32,000 bases of DNA from Vibrio alginolyticus NBRC 15630 = ATCC 17749. GTDB lineage: Bacteria > Pseudomonadota > Gammaproteobacteria > Enterobacterales > Vibrionaceae. The DNA lies in assembly GCF_000354175.2 (NCBI RefSeq), contig NC_022349.1, positions 1,590,001 to 1,622,000 of the forward strand, given 5' to 3'. The position numbers and the translations under genes were made by a program. Of the stretch, positions 9,810-19,303 are shown piece by piece. The notes beneath the pieces were generated by a model. The model searched no databases and was not told where the DNA came from. It was given only the letters and a program-made list of their open reading frames with translations. Every line of letters begins with the position of its first letter. The first letter of the stretch is position 1.

Positions 9810-10034
9810 GTTTTGTTGTTTAAGCACAACACCTTGGTGCGCTCCACTCGATTGCAAATAAGAACAACTATTCATAGACATTTGGCATTAAATACAATCA
9901 TACTCATTTGAAAAATAATGCATCAATGACTTCAGAGTACCGTACTCAGAGCATTGCCTCTGTATGGCAATGCAATTCTCGCGAAAGAAGTATCTTGAGG
10001 TTATTTTGGTATCGGCTCAAACAAGGAAAAGAAA

Positions 10035-10988
10035 ATGGGTTTTATGATTGAACATTGGGACTTCTCAACCCCAGAAGCAACTCAACAATCCACCACGGCA
10101 GAGCAAATTCAAGCTAAGCATTGGTACCATTGCGAACGGCTGCATCCTGATATTCGTGGTTGGCTGGAGCAAAACCAAGTACCTCGAGCTACGGTTGATC
10201 ATCTATTAGCCGACGAAAGTCGACCATCTTTCCATCCTTTGGATGACGAGAACTTCATGTTGATTTTACGAGGCGTCAATATGAACGGCAATGCATCACC
10301 AGAAGATATGCTTAGTATTCGAATTCTCTACTTTCAAGGCGCACTCATTTCAACTCGTAAAATTCCATCACGCGCGATCATGGAGATTCGCCAAGCATTA
10401 GCGGAACACAAAGGCCCAAAAAGTCTTGCCAGTTTACTTCATCAGATCATTGAAGGATTAAACAGTAAAATAGACATTTACCTTGATACGATTGAAGAAA
10501 CACTAAACCAGTTCGACGTGAATGATGAGTCGACGTACAAACATATGGCGACTCAAAAAGCACTGATTTCTATCAAGCGTTTTATTCGCCCTCAGCAGTA
10601 CGCTATCCGTGATCTTGTGGAGTCAGAATCAGAATTGATTGCTTTGAGACCTCATCAATATCGCTTCGCACACAATAATATTACGCGCATAAATGAAACA
10701 CTTGAGTTTTATCTTGGAGAAGTGGCGCTTTTCCAAGAAGAGATCAAACATCATCGTGATGAGAAAACCAATAAAAACAGTTACCTGTTTACTTTGGTAG
10801 CAACGATTTTTCTACCAACCAGCTTCTTAACAGGTTTACTCGGTATCAATGTTGGTGGAATGCCAGGCGTGGAATCCACCATGGCATTCACCTGGTTCTG
10901 CATCGCCTTAATTGTCATTTTTGGTCTAGAGTGGTGGCTATTTAAACGCTTGGGGCTCACGAATAAAGCGGACGACGAAGACGAGTAA
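10035..10988 (+). CDS. zntB: CorA-superfamily zinc transporter ZntB
   Basis: It has a soluble N-terminal domain followed by two C-terminal TM helices separated by the ZntB-type loop LLGINVGGMPG, which takes the place of the CorA GMN motif. It ends in an acidic tail. Confidence 0.8.
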   Translation: MGFMIEHWDFSTPEATQQSTTAEQIQAKHWYHCERLHPDIRGWLEQNQVPRATVDHLLADESRPSFHPLDDENFMLILRGVNMNGNASPEDMLSIRILYFQGALISTRKIPSRAIMEIRQALAEHKGPKSLASLLHQIIEGLNSKIDIYLDTIEETLNQFDVNDESTYKHMATQKALISIKRFIRPQQYAIRDLVESESELIALRPHQYRFAHNNITRINETLEFYLGEVALFQEEIKHHRDEKTNKNSYLFTLVATIFLPTSFLTGLLGINVGGMPGVESTMAFTWFCIALIVIFGLEWWLFKRLGLTNKADDEDE

Positions 10989-11019
10989 ACACTAAACCTA
11001 TAAAGAATAAAAGTAAATT

Positions 11020-11614
11020 ACCACCTTCTAAAGAAGGTGGCTTTGTGTGAGCCCCCTAAAAGGGGGCCTTTGTTTAGTCCAGCGCCAATTGCTGCTGCTC
11101 TACTCGCTCTTGCTTCTCTTGATGTCTTACATATCGGCGTATTATTTCTTCATTGATTCCAACACTATCGACAAAATAGCCTCTTTGCCAAAAGTGATTA
11201 CCCCAAAGCCTGTTCTTCCTAAGGTGAGGAAACTTGCTAAATAGCTTTAAGGCTATTTTGCCTTTCAATACCCCCATCAACTTGGATATCGAAAGCTTTG
11301 GTGGGACCTTTACAACTAAATGTACGTGGTCAACTTGTACGTTTAGCTCTACGACTTCACATCCAAGTTGATTACAGTAAACATAAATACATCGATAAAC
11401 TTCTTTACCTATATTGTTCTTCAAGATCCTAAATCGATACTTTGGCGTCCACACTATATGGTATTGACAACGCCAAAATACGTGGGAAGCTTGATTGTAT
11501 CTACTCATGTTATTTGTCCTCTTTGACTTCTGGAAAAATCAAAGACGCATTTAGCATGAGTAGTTTTACAGGCAAAGCCGAAACGGATGATAACCACCTA
11601 CTGAAGTAGGTGGT
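11020..11614 (-). mobile_element. IS200/IS605-family insertion sequence (IS200 / IS1004-like, tnpA only); ends approximate
   Basis: A single Y1-transposase gene is bracketed by two near-identical hairpins read on the same strand. These are a-ccaccttc-taaa-gaaggtgg-c (11020-11041) and a-ccacctac-tgaa-gtaggtgg-t (11593-11614). A third hairpin, gccccct-aaa-agggggc, lies at 11051-11067. Subterminal hairpins without terminal inverted repeats are the family hallmark. Confidence 0.7.
11074..11508 (-). CDS. tnpA: IS200/IS605-family Y1 (HUH) transposase TnpA
   Basis: It has the YHIVWTPKYR block, the HUH motif (VDHVHLVV) and the catalytic Tyr region (FWQRGYFVDSVG). It is 144 aa. Confidence 0.9.
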   Translation of the reverse strand: MSRYNQASHVFWRCQYHIVWTPKYRFRILKNNIGKEVYRCIYVYCNQLGCEVVELNVQVDHVHLVVKVPPKLSISKLMGVLKGKIALKLFSKFPHLRKNRLWGNHFWQRGYFVDSVGINEEIIRRYVRHQEKQERVEQQQLALD

Positions 11615-11624
11615 TTAGGGCTGA

Positions 11625-11656
11625 AAACCAAAAGAGGAGCACGCGGCTCCTCTTTT
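11625..11656. terminator. Rho-independent terminator downstream of nnrS (bidirectional geometry)
   Basis: The stem pairs aaagaggagc (11631-11640) with gctcctcttt (11646-11655). The minus-strand reading is followed by TTTT (complement of 11625-11628). Confidence 0.75.
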
Positions 11657-11675
11657 CTCTACTCACATTAGAATC

Positions 11676-12860
11676 TTATCCGGGGTGACCATCCACACGA
11701 GGGGTCACAAGCATCACACCAAAGCGCCACACAAATAGCCCAAACGCAACAATCCATAATCCGCCGCTGATATCAATCCACAGCATCATGTTCGCTGGGT
11801 CAAAGATCACGGCGAAACTGCGAACCAAAGCTGCCGCGGTAATCGCTGCAAACGCAAGGCTCATGTTTGGTCCTTTGTAGATCATGCGACCAGTATGTCC
11901 CATCGTCACCCGTGCAATCATCGCTAAAATCAAACCGCCTAACGCACCTATCGCAAACAGGTGAATGAGGTTATGGCTGGCAAATGCATCTCCCCAGACG
12001 CCTCGCAAAATTAAGCTTAGTGGTAAACACAAATACGCAGCATGCAGCGACCACACTAAAGGCTCGCTCAGGGTTAACCAAGGTTTCCAGCGAACAAAAC
12101 GCACCAACTGAGCAACACCTGCAAACAACATCAAAGGACTACCTAGTTCTGCAAACGTCACAGGGAAAAAGCTCAGCACAAATAGCATTACCAACGGCAA
12201 ATTCGCGAGCCACTCTAACCAAGCCAATGGTTGCGCTTTTTCGAAATTAAATCGACGCGCAGTAAAAAATGGAATCACACGTCCGCCCATCACTGACAAC
12301 AGCAAGGTAAACCACCACAGCATTGCTTGCCACACCGCTGAAGAGCTAAAGGGCGGCATACCTTTTATCGTTGCGTAGCTTGCAAAGTTCGCAAAGATGG
12401 CCAAAAGAAACAGTGGAACGAAAAACAAATTACGCCAACCTTTGGCTCGATACACACGAATGCCCACCTCATAGGCGACAAACAGTAAAAATACCGCTTC
12501 GATACTGCTGGTTAACCATAACGGTGCTGGTGTCCAAAGCAATATGCGGGGCACTAACCACAAGCCAAATAAAGCCAGAAGCATGTAATGCTTGGTACCA
12601 TTAATGCCAGTCCAGTTTTGTACCGCGGTCAGTACAAAGCCAACTACAATGGCCATTGAAAAACCGAACAACATTTCATGTACGTGCCACCACAATGCAG
12701 GCACGGCCAATGCGCTTGGCGGCCCACTTTGGAACATCCACACCCATAACGCAATCGCAACAATGGCGTAAATCGACCCAAACAGAAAAAACGGCCGAAA
12801 GCCTAATCGCAGCCATGCGGGGATTTTTTCTTCTACTTTTTTATCGGTGATATTCAGCAT
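11676..12860 (-). CDS. nnrS: NnrS-family membrane protein (NO-stress associated, haem/copper-binding family)
   Basis: It is a polytopic 394-aa protein with the NnrS-type N-terminus (LRLGFRPFFL.GS..A......W) and conserved His-containing helices. The RBS GAGGG lies 9 nt upstream of the ATG at 12860. Confidence 0.82.
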   Translation of the reverse strand: MLNITDKKVEEKIPAWLRLGFRPFFLFGSIYAIVAIALWVWMFQSGPPSALAVPALWWHVHEMLFGFSMAIVVGFVLTAVQNWTGINGTKHYMLLALFGLWLVPRILLWTPAPLWLTSSIEAVFLLFVAYEVGIRVYRAKGWRNLFFVPLFLLAIFANFASYATIKGMPPFSSSAVWQAMLWWFTLLLSVMGGRVIPFFTARRFNFEKAQPLAWLEWLANLPLVMLFVLSFFPVTFAELGSPLMLFAGVAQLVRFVRWKPWLTLSEPLVWSLHAAYLCLPLSLILRGVWGDAFASHNLIHLFAIGALGGLILAMIARVTMGHTGRMIYKGPNMSLAFAAITAAALVRSFAVIFDPANMMLWIDISGGLWIVAFGLFVWRFGVMLVTPRVDGHPG

Positions 12861-12920
12861 TATCTTGCCCTCAAGCGTCTCTCGATGCTGGTTAACTCAA
12901 CTACATATTGATGCTACCAT

Positions 12921-12945
12921 AAACATGTATAGAAAATACATGTTT
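12921..12945. promoter_or_regulatory. Candidate NsrR operator
   Basis: AAACATGTAT-agaaa-ATACATGTTT has perfect 10-bp arms and a 5-nt spacer. The geometry and about 7 of 9 positions per arm match the gamma-proteobacterial NsrR box AAGATGCAT-N5-ATGCATCTT. It lies 61-85 nt upstream of nnrS. Confidence 0.5.
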
Positions 12946-13042
12946 ATAATTAAGATTATACTTAAGAGGTAAAGTTGTGCTTCAGATGCGGGTTAGGTAT
13001 AAACATGAGAGGCACAACTATCAGTTAAGGGATGCAACGACA

Positions 13043-13594
13043 ATGTACATATTTGGCTATGGCAGTTTGATTAATTCTGCGTCGCGTAAGTTAACCGGAC
13101 AAACGGGAGAAGCCATTCCCGTCATAGCACATGGGTTGGTTCGCTACTGGGGGAAGATTGACGACAGCTACAGCCTCTCTCCATTAGTGGTGAACCAAGG
13201 CGATGGACAGGTTAATGGCGTTTTACTCGAAGTAAATGAAGAAGCGCTCGCAGAATTCGACCGCCGTGAGCGAGGTTATCATCGTATTCAACTTCAGCCA
13301 GATCAAATCGAAACAGATGCGAGTTTTAACCAAGAACATGACATTTGGGTTTACGTAAAAGACGAGCCACTACCACCATGCGCAAAGAGCCCAATCATGC
13401 AAAGTTATGTTGATACCGTGCTGGCAGGTTGCTTGGAAGTTTCCCACGCGTTTGCAGAGCATTTTGTGCGTCACACCATTGGCTGGCAACACGCGAAAGA
13501 AAATGACCGCCATCAACCCAAATATGGCAACCTTGCAGGCGTGCAAGAGCATCATTACGAGTTGATTGATAATCTAATAAAAAAAGGAGCCTAA
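13043..13594 (+). CDS. Gamma-glutamylcyclotransferase-fold (GGCT/AIG2/ChaC-like) protein
   Basis: I prefer the ATG at 13043 (MYIFGYGSLINS...), which has the RBS taaggga at 13026-13032. The YGSL N-terminal motif and GVLLEV...E...RE block are typical of the GGCT-like fold. The track start at 12977 adds 22 non-conserved-looking residues. Confidence 0.6.
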   Translation: MYIFGYGSLINSASRKLTGQTGEAIPVIAHGLVRYWGKIDDSYSLSPLVVNQGDGQVNGVLLEVNEEALAEFDRRERGYHRIQLQPDQIETDASFNQEHDIWVYVKDEPLPPCAKSPIMQSYVDTVLAGCLEVSHAFAEHFVRHTIGWQHAKENDRHQPKYGNLAGVQEHHYELIDNLIKKGA

Positions 13595-13606
13595 CGGCTC
13601 CTTTTT
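13581..13606. terminator. Bidirectional rho-independent terminator (GGCT-like gene / OM barrel gene)
   Basis: aaaaa-ggagcc-taac-ggctcc-ttttt. The TAA stop codon of the plus-strand gene sits in the loop. Confidence 0.8.
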
Positions 13607-13632
13607 AGTATCTATGTTTTGCTTACGCGAGC

Positions 13633-14220
13633 TTAAAACTTGTAATCAACACCAACGTACAGGCTGTCAAAATCAAAATCTTCGCTGCCACCGTTTTCGG
13701 CATCAATACTTACCGAAGAAGCACGGTAGCCACCAGATACAACCAAACCTGAAGCGAACTCATAACCAGCCTCAACACCGTAGTTAAAGCCTACATCACG
13801 ACCATCATCGGTAACAGTGCTAGATGATTTCACTTCATAAGAAACACTCATTACACCAAGGCCAGCAATCGCACCAACATAGAAGCCTGTACCTGCAAAT
13901 TGGTATTTAGGCTTCGCATTGAAATTGAACGCAGAAGCATCAACACTAAATTTAACCGGCCACCCCATGTAAGAAAATGTTTCTTCAAAGTCGCCAAAGT
14001 ATATGTACTCACCTTCAAAAGCTAGTTTGAAGTTTTCTGAATATTGAAGCTCTTTACCTACAGCAAGGCTAAGACCTGTCGCAGAAAGATCTTTTGACAA
14101 GCTTTTAACTTTAAGATCTGAATTTACCAAATCAGCACCAACATACCAGTTACCTTTTGCTTGAACTGATGCTGAAGCAACCACTGCACCTAAAGCCAAT
14201 AATGGCAATACTTTTTTCAT
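13633..14220 (-). CDS. Small outer-membrane beta-barrel protein (8-stranded OmpA/OmpX/OmpW-like class)
   Basis: It has a signal peptide (MKKVLPLLALGAVVASASVQA), alternating hydrophobic beta-strand patterning and a C-terminal ...YVGVDYKF ending in Phe. The RBS AGGAA lies upstream. Confidence 0.7.
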   Translation of the reverse strand: MKKVLPLLALGAVVASASVQAKGNWYVGADLVNSDLKVKSLSKDLSATGLSLAVGKELQYSENFKLAFEGEYIYFGDFEETFSYMGWPVKFSVDASAFNFNAKPKYQFAGTGFYVGAIAGLGVMSVSYEVKSSSTVTDDGRDVGFNYGVEAGYEFASGLVVSGGYRASSVSIDAENGGSEDFDFDSLYVGVDYKF

Positions 14221-14589
14221 TATAATTTCCTAATTTTTCATACTGTTAGACAGCTTTTAAAAGCGCGGAGATTATAAATAGAGTTGAATACTTTCCTATT
14301 GATTTGTTTATAAAATGAGACACAAAACATAAACATGAACAATAAAACGTTTGCTTGATTAAACTCTAAACAGCTCGAGTCCTATTAAGTACTAGAGTTA
14401 CCACAAGTAGCAAGTTTCCAAACCAGTCGCGTTTTTCAGTATTTTTACAGCAATATAATCCTTACGTTTACGGCTTTATTTATTACTCAATAGAGTCTAT
14501 TTCATGAAAACAATTTGGCTTGATATGATGATTTAAAGTGTTTAGGACTGTCTTACTAAAGGTTTGTGCATATCTAAGTAGCTGTTTAA

Positions 14590-15627
<1,038 letters not shown>

Positions 15628-15797
15628 TACCTTTTCCATTAATCTCTTTTATGAATTAAATCTGGAACATCCCCCCCTAACCCAAGATATTCATTTTGCA
15701 CAATCAGTACTGTTTCGGCGTAACGCCGATAACTCAGCGGGTAGTAAGAAGTTCAACAACAAATCACTCTAAGCACCATGAGTGCCCCAAATGTTTA

Positions 15798-16739
15798 TCA
15801 TTTAGAGGTGATGGTCGAAGAAACCAACTCGCGTAGCCAAATGCCTTTGTCTTCATTGTTTCGGCTGGAATGCCACAGCATGGCAATATCAAAATCCGCA
15901 ACGGCGATCGGCGGCTTAACAGTAATGAGATCGTCCGAAAAGCCCTCCGCCAACGCCATTTTTTCTGGCACGATGGCAATGAGATCGCGCTTTTTCAATA
16001 GATGCCGAATAGTGAGAAAGTTGCGCGACGCCACGGTGACTTTGCGGCTCAAGCCATGTTCTGCGAGCTTTTGGTCTACTTGTGTCTTTAAGCTCCCATC
16101 GGGACTTACCAGAGCTTGCTCGATGTTCGCGAACGCTTCCAGAGACAGCTGTGTTTCCCCTTTCAACACCTGTTTATCACACATGCACACGTGTTTTTCG
16201 GTGTACAAGTACAAGCTCTCAAAGTTGTCATCCAACACCGGCATGCTGCCAATAATGACATCGAGCTTTTCGTGCTCAGTTAATGCCACGTAGTTGCTAC
16301 GATTGACGTTAATAAAACTGATCTGCGCCTCTGGGGCGCGCTGGCGTATTTCGTCATAAAGCCGAGGAGCAAAGATAAACTCGGCATAATCCGTTAACCC
16401 GATGCGACATACACCCGCGTAATTTTCAGGTTGGAAGGCAGACTTAGTGAGCAAGTCTTTGGCGATAGAATCCAACAAGTGATGCACAGTTGGCGCGATG
16501 TGGTGAGCGTGCTCGGTGGGCTCCATATTGTGCCCTTTTCGCTCAAAAAGCGGGTCGTCAAACAACAACCTTAAACGAGACAAACTATGACTCATCGCCG
16601 ACTGGCTAACGTAACTTTTCTCTGCCGCGACGCTAACGCTTCGATAGCGATACAAGTAGGAAAACGTCACCAATAAGTTCAAGTCAATGTTGCGCCACTG
16701 AATGTCCTCTTTCACTCCAACATCCTCATCCCATTTCAT
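15798..16739 (-). CDS. LysR-family transcriptional regulator (divergent from chrA)
   Basis: It has the HTH region NIDLNLLVTFSYLYRYRSVSVAAEKSYVSQSAMSHSLSRLR and a LysR substrate-binding domain. Confidence 0.85.
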   Translation of the reverse strand: MKWDEDVGVKEDIQWRNIDLNLLVTFSYLYRYRSVSVAAEKSYVSQSAMSHSLSRLRLLFDDPLFERKGHNMEPTEHAHHIAPTVHHLLDSIAKDLLTKSAFQPENYAGVCRIGLTDYAEFIFAPRLYDEIRQRAPEAQISFINVNRSNYVALTEHEKLDVIIGSMPVLDDNFESLYLYTEKHVCMCDKQVLKGETQLSLEAFANIEQALVSPDGSLKTQVDQKLAEHGLSRKVTVASRNFLTIRHLLKKRDLIAIVPEKMALAEGFSDDLITVKPPIAVADFDIAMLWHSSRNNEDKGIWLRELVSSTITSK

Positions 16740-16827
16740 TCATAGATGAAATTAAAATCATCAATTTGAGTCATTTTAGAGCATTCGATAAATTAGCAAC
16801 AATGCTTTTTAGATAAACAGGCTCGAC

Positions 16828-17967
16828 ATGTTCACCATATTCAAAACTTTTTTCTGGCTGGGTTGGTTCAGCTTCGGCGGCCCGGCGGCTCATATTGGTT
16901 ATTTTCGCCAAACCTTTGTTGAGAAACTGAAATGGCTTGATGACAGCGAGTACGCGCAAATTGTCGCACTCAGTCAGTTTTTGCCGGGACCGGGCTCAAG
17001 CCAAGTTGGCTTTGCTTTAGGTTATAAACGCGGCGGTTTAGGTGGCGCATGCGCAGCATTTGTCGGATTCACTCTTCCTTCGGTGATCATCATGTTGGCG
17101 CTGGCGATGGTGAGCAGCCAAATCACCGACACCGCAGTGTTCCAAAACATCGTTCACGGCCTAAAACTGCTCGCAGTCGTCGTCGTGGCGGATGCGACTT
17201 GGGGCATGTACAAAAACTTCTGCCAAAGTAAACTGACCGCGGGTTTGTGCGTCGCGACTGCGATTGCGTTGCTGGTGGCACCAAGCATCATGACGCAAAT
17301 GTTCGTGTTGATCGCAGCAGGTTTTGTCGGTACGCGATATCTGAAGAAAGACTCCGCGTCATCAGCCGAGCCGTTTAAACCGTCTATCGCGCCATTGGCT
17401 CTATTTGCGGTGCTTTTACTCGGCTTACCATTAGTGGCTCATACGTTACCTTTGCTTGGGCTGTTTAGTGATTTTTTCCAAGCTGGTAGTTTAGTGTTTG
17501 GTGGCGGTCATGTGGTGCTGCCGCTTCTGCAAAACATTGTTGGCGACCAGCTCAGCCAAGATGCATTTTTAACAGGCTACGCCGCTGCACAAGCTGTACC
17601 GGGGCCAATGTTCACCTTTGCGACTTTTATCGGTTATGAGCTTTCGGATACGCCAATTTTAGGCGCTCTGATCGCAACGCTTGGCGTATTCCTCCCAGGG
17701 TTTCTTTTACTGCTTGGCGTTCTTAAAAACTGGCAAGCACTGGCAGGCAAACCGCTGGTCTCCGGCGCCATCAACGGTGTAAATGCCTCGGTAGTAGGGT
17801 TGCTACTCGCGGCACTTTACCAGCCAGTATTTAGCAGCGCAGTTGTTGCTCCCATCGACATGGCGTTAGTGATTGCGGGTTTCTATCTACACAAAAAGCT
17901 CAACCTTTCGGTACTATGGATGATCGTGTTTTTTGTGGCAGCAGGCCTTGTCACGGGCATGATGTAG
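16828..17967 (+). CDS. chrA: Chromate ion transporter (CHR family, ChrA)
   Basis: It contains the duplicated CHR signature FGGPAAHIGYF (N-terminal half) and FGGGHVVLPLL (C-terminal half). It is polytopic and 379 aa. Confidence 0.88.
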   Translation: MFTIFKTFFWLGWFSFGGPAAHIGYFRQTFVEKLKWLDDSEYAQIVALSQFLPGPGSSQVGFALGYKRGGLGGACAAFVGFTLPSVIIMLALAMVSSQITDTAVFQNIVHGLKLLAVVVVADATWGMYKNFCQSKLTAGLCVATAIALLVAPSIMTQMFVLIAAGFVGTRYLKKDSASSAEPFKPSIAPLALFAVLLLGLPLVAHTLPLLGLFSDFFQAGSLVFGGGHVVLPLLQNIVGDQLSQDAFLTGYAAAQAVPGPMFTFATFIGYELSDTPILGALIATLGVFLPGFLLLLGVLKNWQALAGKPLVSGAINGVNASVVGLLLAALYQPVFSSAVVAPIDMALVIAGFYLHKKLNLSVLWMIVFFVAAGLVTGMM

Positions 17968-18005
17968 CCTGCTGATACGCCAACTATTGAATCTAGATAA
18001 ACCAC

Positions 18006-18033
18006 GGGCACTCAAATACGAGTGCCCTTGCTT
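18006..18033 (+). terminator. Terminator-like hairpin after chrA
   Basis: The stem pairs gggcactc (18006-18013) with gagtgccc (18020-18027), followed by ttgctt, a weak U-tract. Confidence 0.55.
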
Positions 18034-18090
18034 AGATTAGATAGTGAAAACGGAACAGACCCCGATAAAAAGAGCATCACAAATTGTGAC

Positions 18091-18735
18091 TTAACTTCTC
18101 TCGGTTAAGCCATTGTTCATTCTTACCAACTTAACCGCATCATGACGAGAATGGACATCGAGTTTTTTGTACAACTTGTATATATGGCTTTTCACTGTAC
18201 TTTCAGATAAAAAAAGTCTTGAGGCAATTTGTTGATTTGAAATGCCGTACACAAGTAGCTCTAGAATCTGTTTTTCTCTGCATGTTAACTCATCATGCTG
18301 CTGTTCTTCGGACAAATTTGCATGCCGATAATTGAGGACTAACTTCTCTAGGTACATTCTTGGTAGCCACAACCCACCTTTCAGTACGTATTCCGCGCCA
18401 TCACATATATGTGTCACTGATGCACTTCGGAGCAAAATTCCTTTTAACAACTTCCAATGCAGTAAGTCCGTTTGTACTTTTTCACAAGGGACGTTGTGAA
18501 GCATAAAGGACCACCCAAATAGATCAAAATCTGGTAACTTTCCTTGTACTTCAAGCTGACGCATAAAATCGTAATCAATAAACATCAAATCGATACTGAG
18601 TGAGTGACTTCTGAACACCACTTCATCTGGTTGCATTATCTTTACATCGACATCATGAATGGAAGACAGCTGTTTTTTTATTAAGTTACTTTGTAAATTA
18701 CTCTCAGCTAGCAGTATCAAGTGCTTCTTTTCCAT
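18091..18735 (-). CDS. VpsT/CsgD-type LuxR-family regulator (receiver-like N-domain plus GerE HTH)
   Basis: The C-terminal HTH is LTCREKQILELLVYGISNQQIASRLFLSESTVKSHIYKLYKKL. The linker helix GGLWLPRMYLEKLVLNYR aligns from memory with VpsT MWLTRKLAQEYILHYR. The N-domain lacks the acidic pocket of true receivers. Confidence 0.8.
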   Translation of the reverse strand: MEKKHLILLAESNLQSNLIKKQLSSIHDVDVKIMQPDEVVFRSHSLSIDLMFIDYDFMRQLEVQGKLPDFDLFGWSFMLHNVPCEKVQTDLLHWKLLKGILLRSASVTHICDGAEYVLKGGLWLPRMYLEKLVLNYRHANLSEEQQHDELTCREKQILELLVYGISNQQIASRLFLSESTVKSHIYKLYKKLDVHSRHDAVKLVRMNNGLTERS

Positions 18736-19087
18736 AGTCCCACCACATTAACTTACCTGTTTCACCAACCCCCGTTAGAAAATTAATTGGGGATAGCAAA
18801 GAGAATTTATCTTCATTTTAAGTAGAAAATATAGCACTTCAGAATGATATCGCATTGCTTTTCAGCACCGAAAAAGACTTAAAAAGTATGAACATGTTAT
18901 ATTTTTATCCATACTTTTCAACCTGTGTTAGCATAAGGATATGATTTATAATATTAAATAATAAAGATAATAATTGGATAAAATACCATTTATAAAAAAT
19001 GGATGACTGCTCCGCTCAGTGCAATAGAACGAATTACTTCTTTATATTGGCTTCATTTCATACTTGATGAGTACTTAAAGTAAATAC

Positions 19088-19118
19088 AAAAAATAACATT
19101 ATGATTATGTTATTTTTT
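19088..19118. promoter_or_regulatory. Perfect 12-bp inverted repeat in the regulator/operon intergenic region
   Basis: aaaaaataacat (19088-19099), the spacer tatgatt, then atgttatttttt (19107-19118). It lies about 185 nt upstream of the first operon gene. The stem is all A/T, so an operator is more plausible than a terminator. Confidence 0.35.
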
Positions 19119-19303
19119 TCTTTAACACCTTAAAGAGACGCACCTAAATACTCCCTTCCAGCCTGAATCATTCTCAATAATGAGAACAGCTTTCACTGAT
19201 CCTTTCTTATAATTTCATCGCTTCCCACAACATTTGAAGGAAGCAGCAAGAAGTTAAGTGCAGTCATTTTTAATCAGGAATAACAGGAAATGGAGTAATC
19301 GTT

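Noticed and set aside
11047-11244. 65-aa plus-strand ORF overlapping tnpA
   Set aside because: It is antisense to a well-supported transposase gene and overlaps the IS end hairpin, with low-complexity Leu-rich sequence.
15778-16293. 171-aa plus-strand ORF, together with 15560-15772 plus and 15764-15979 minus
   Set aside because: The 171-aa ORF is antisense to the LysR gene, which has a clear HTH and effector domain. The candidates have no RBS and Ser/Cys/Arg-rich composition.
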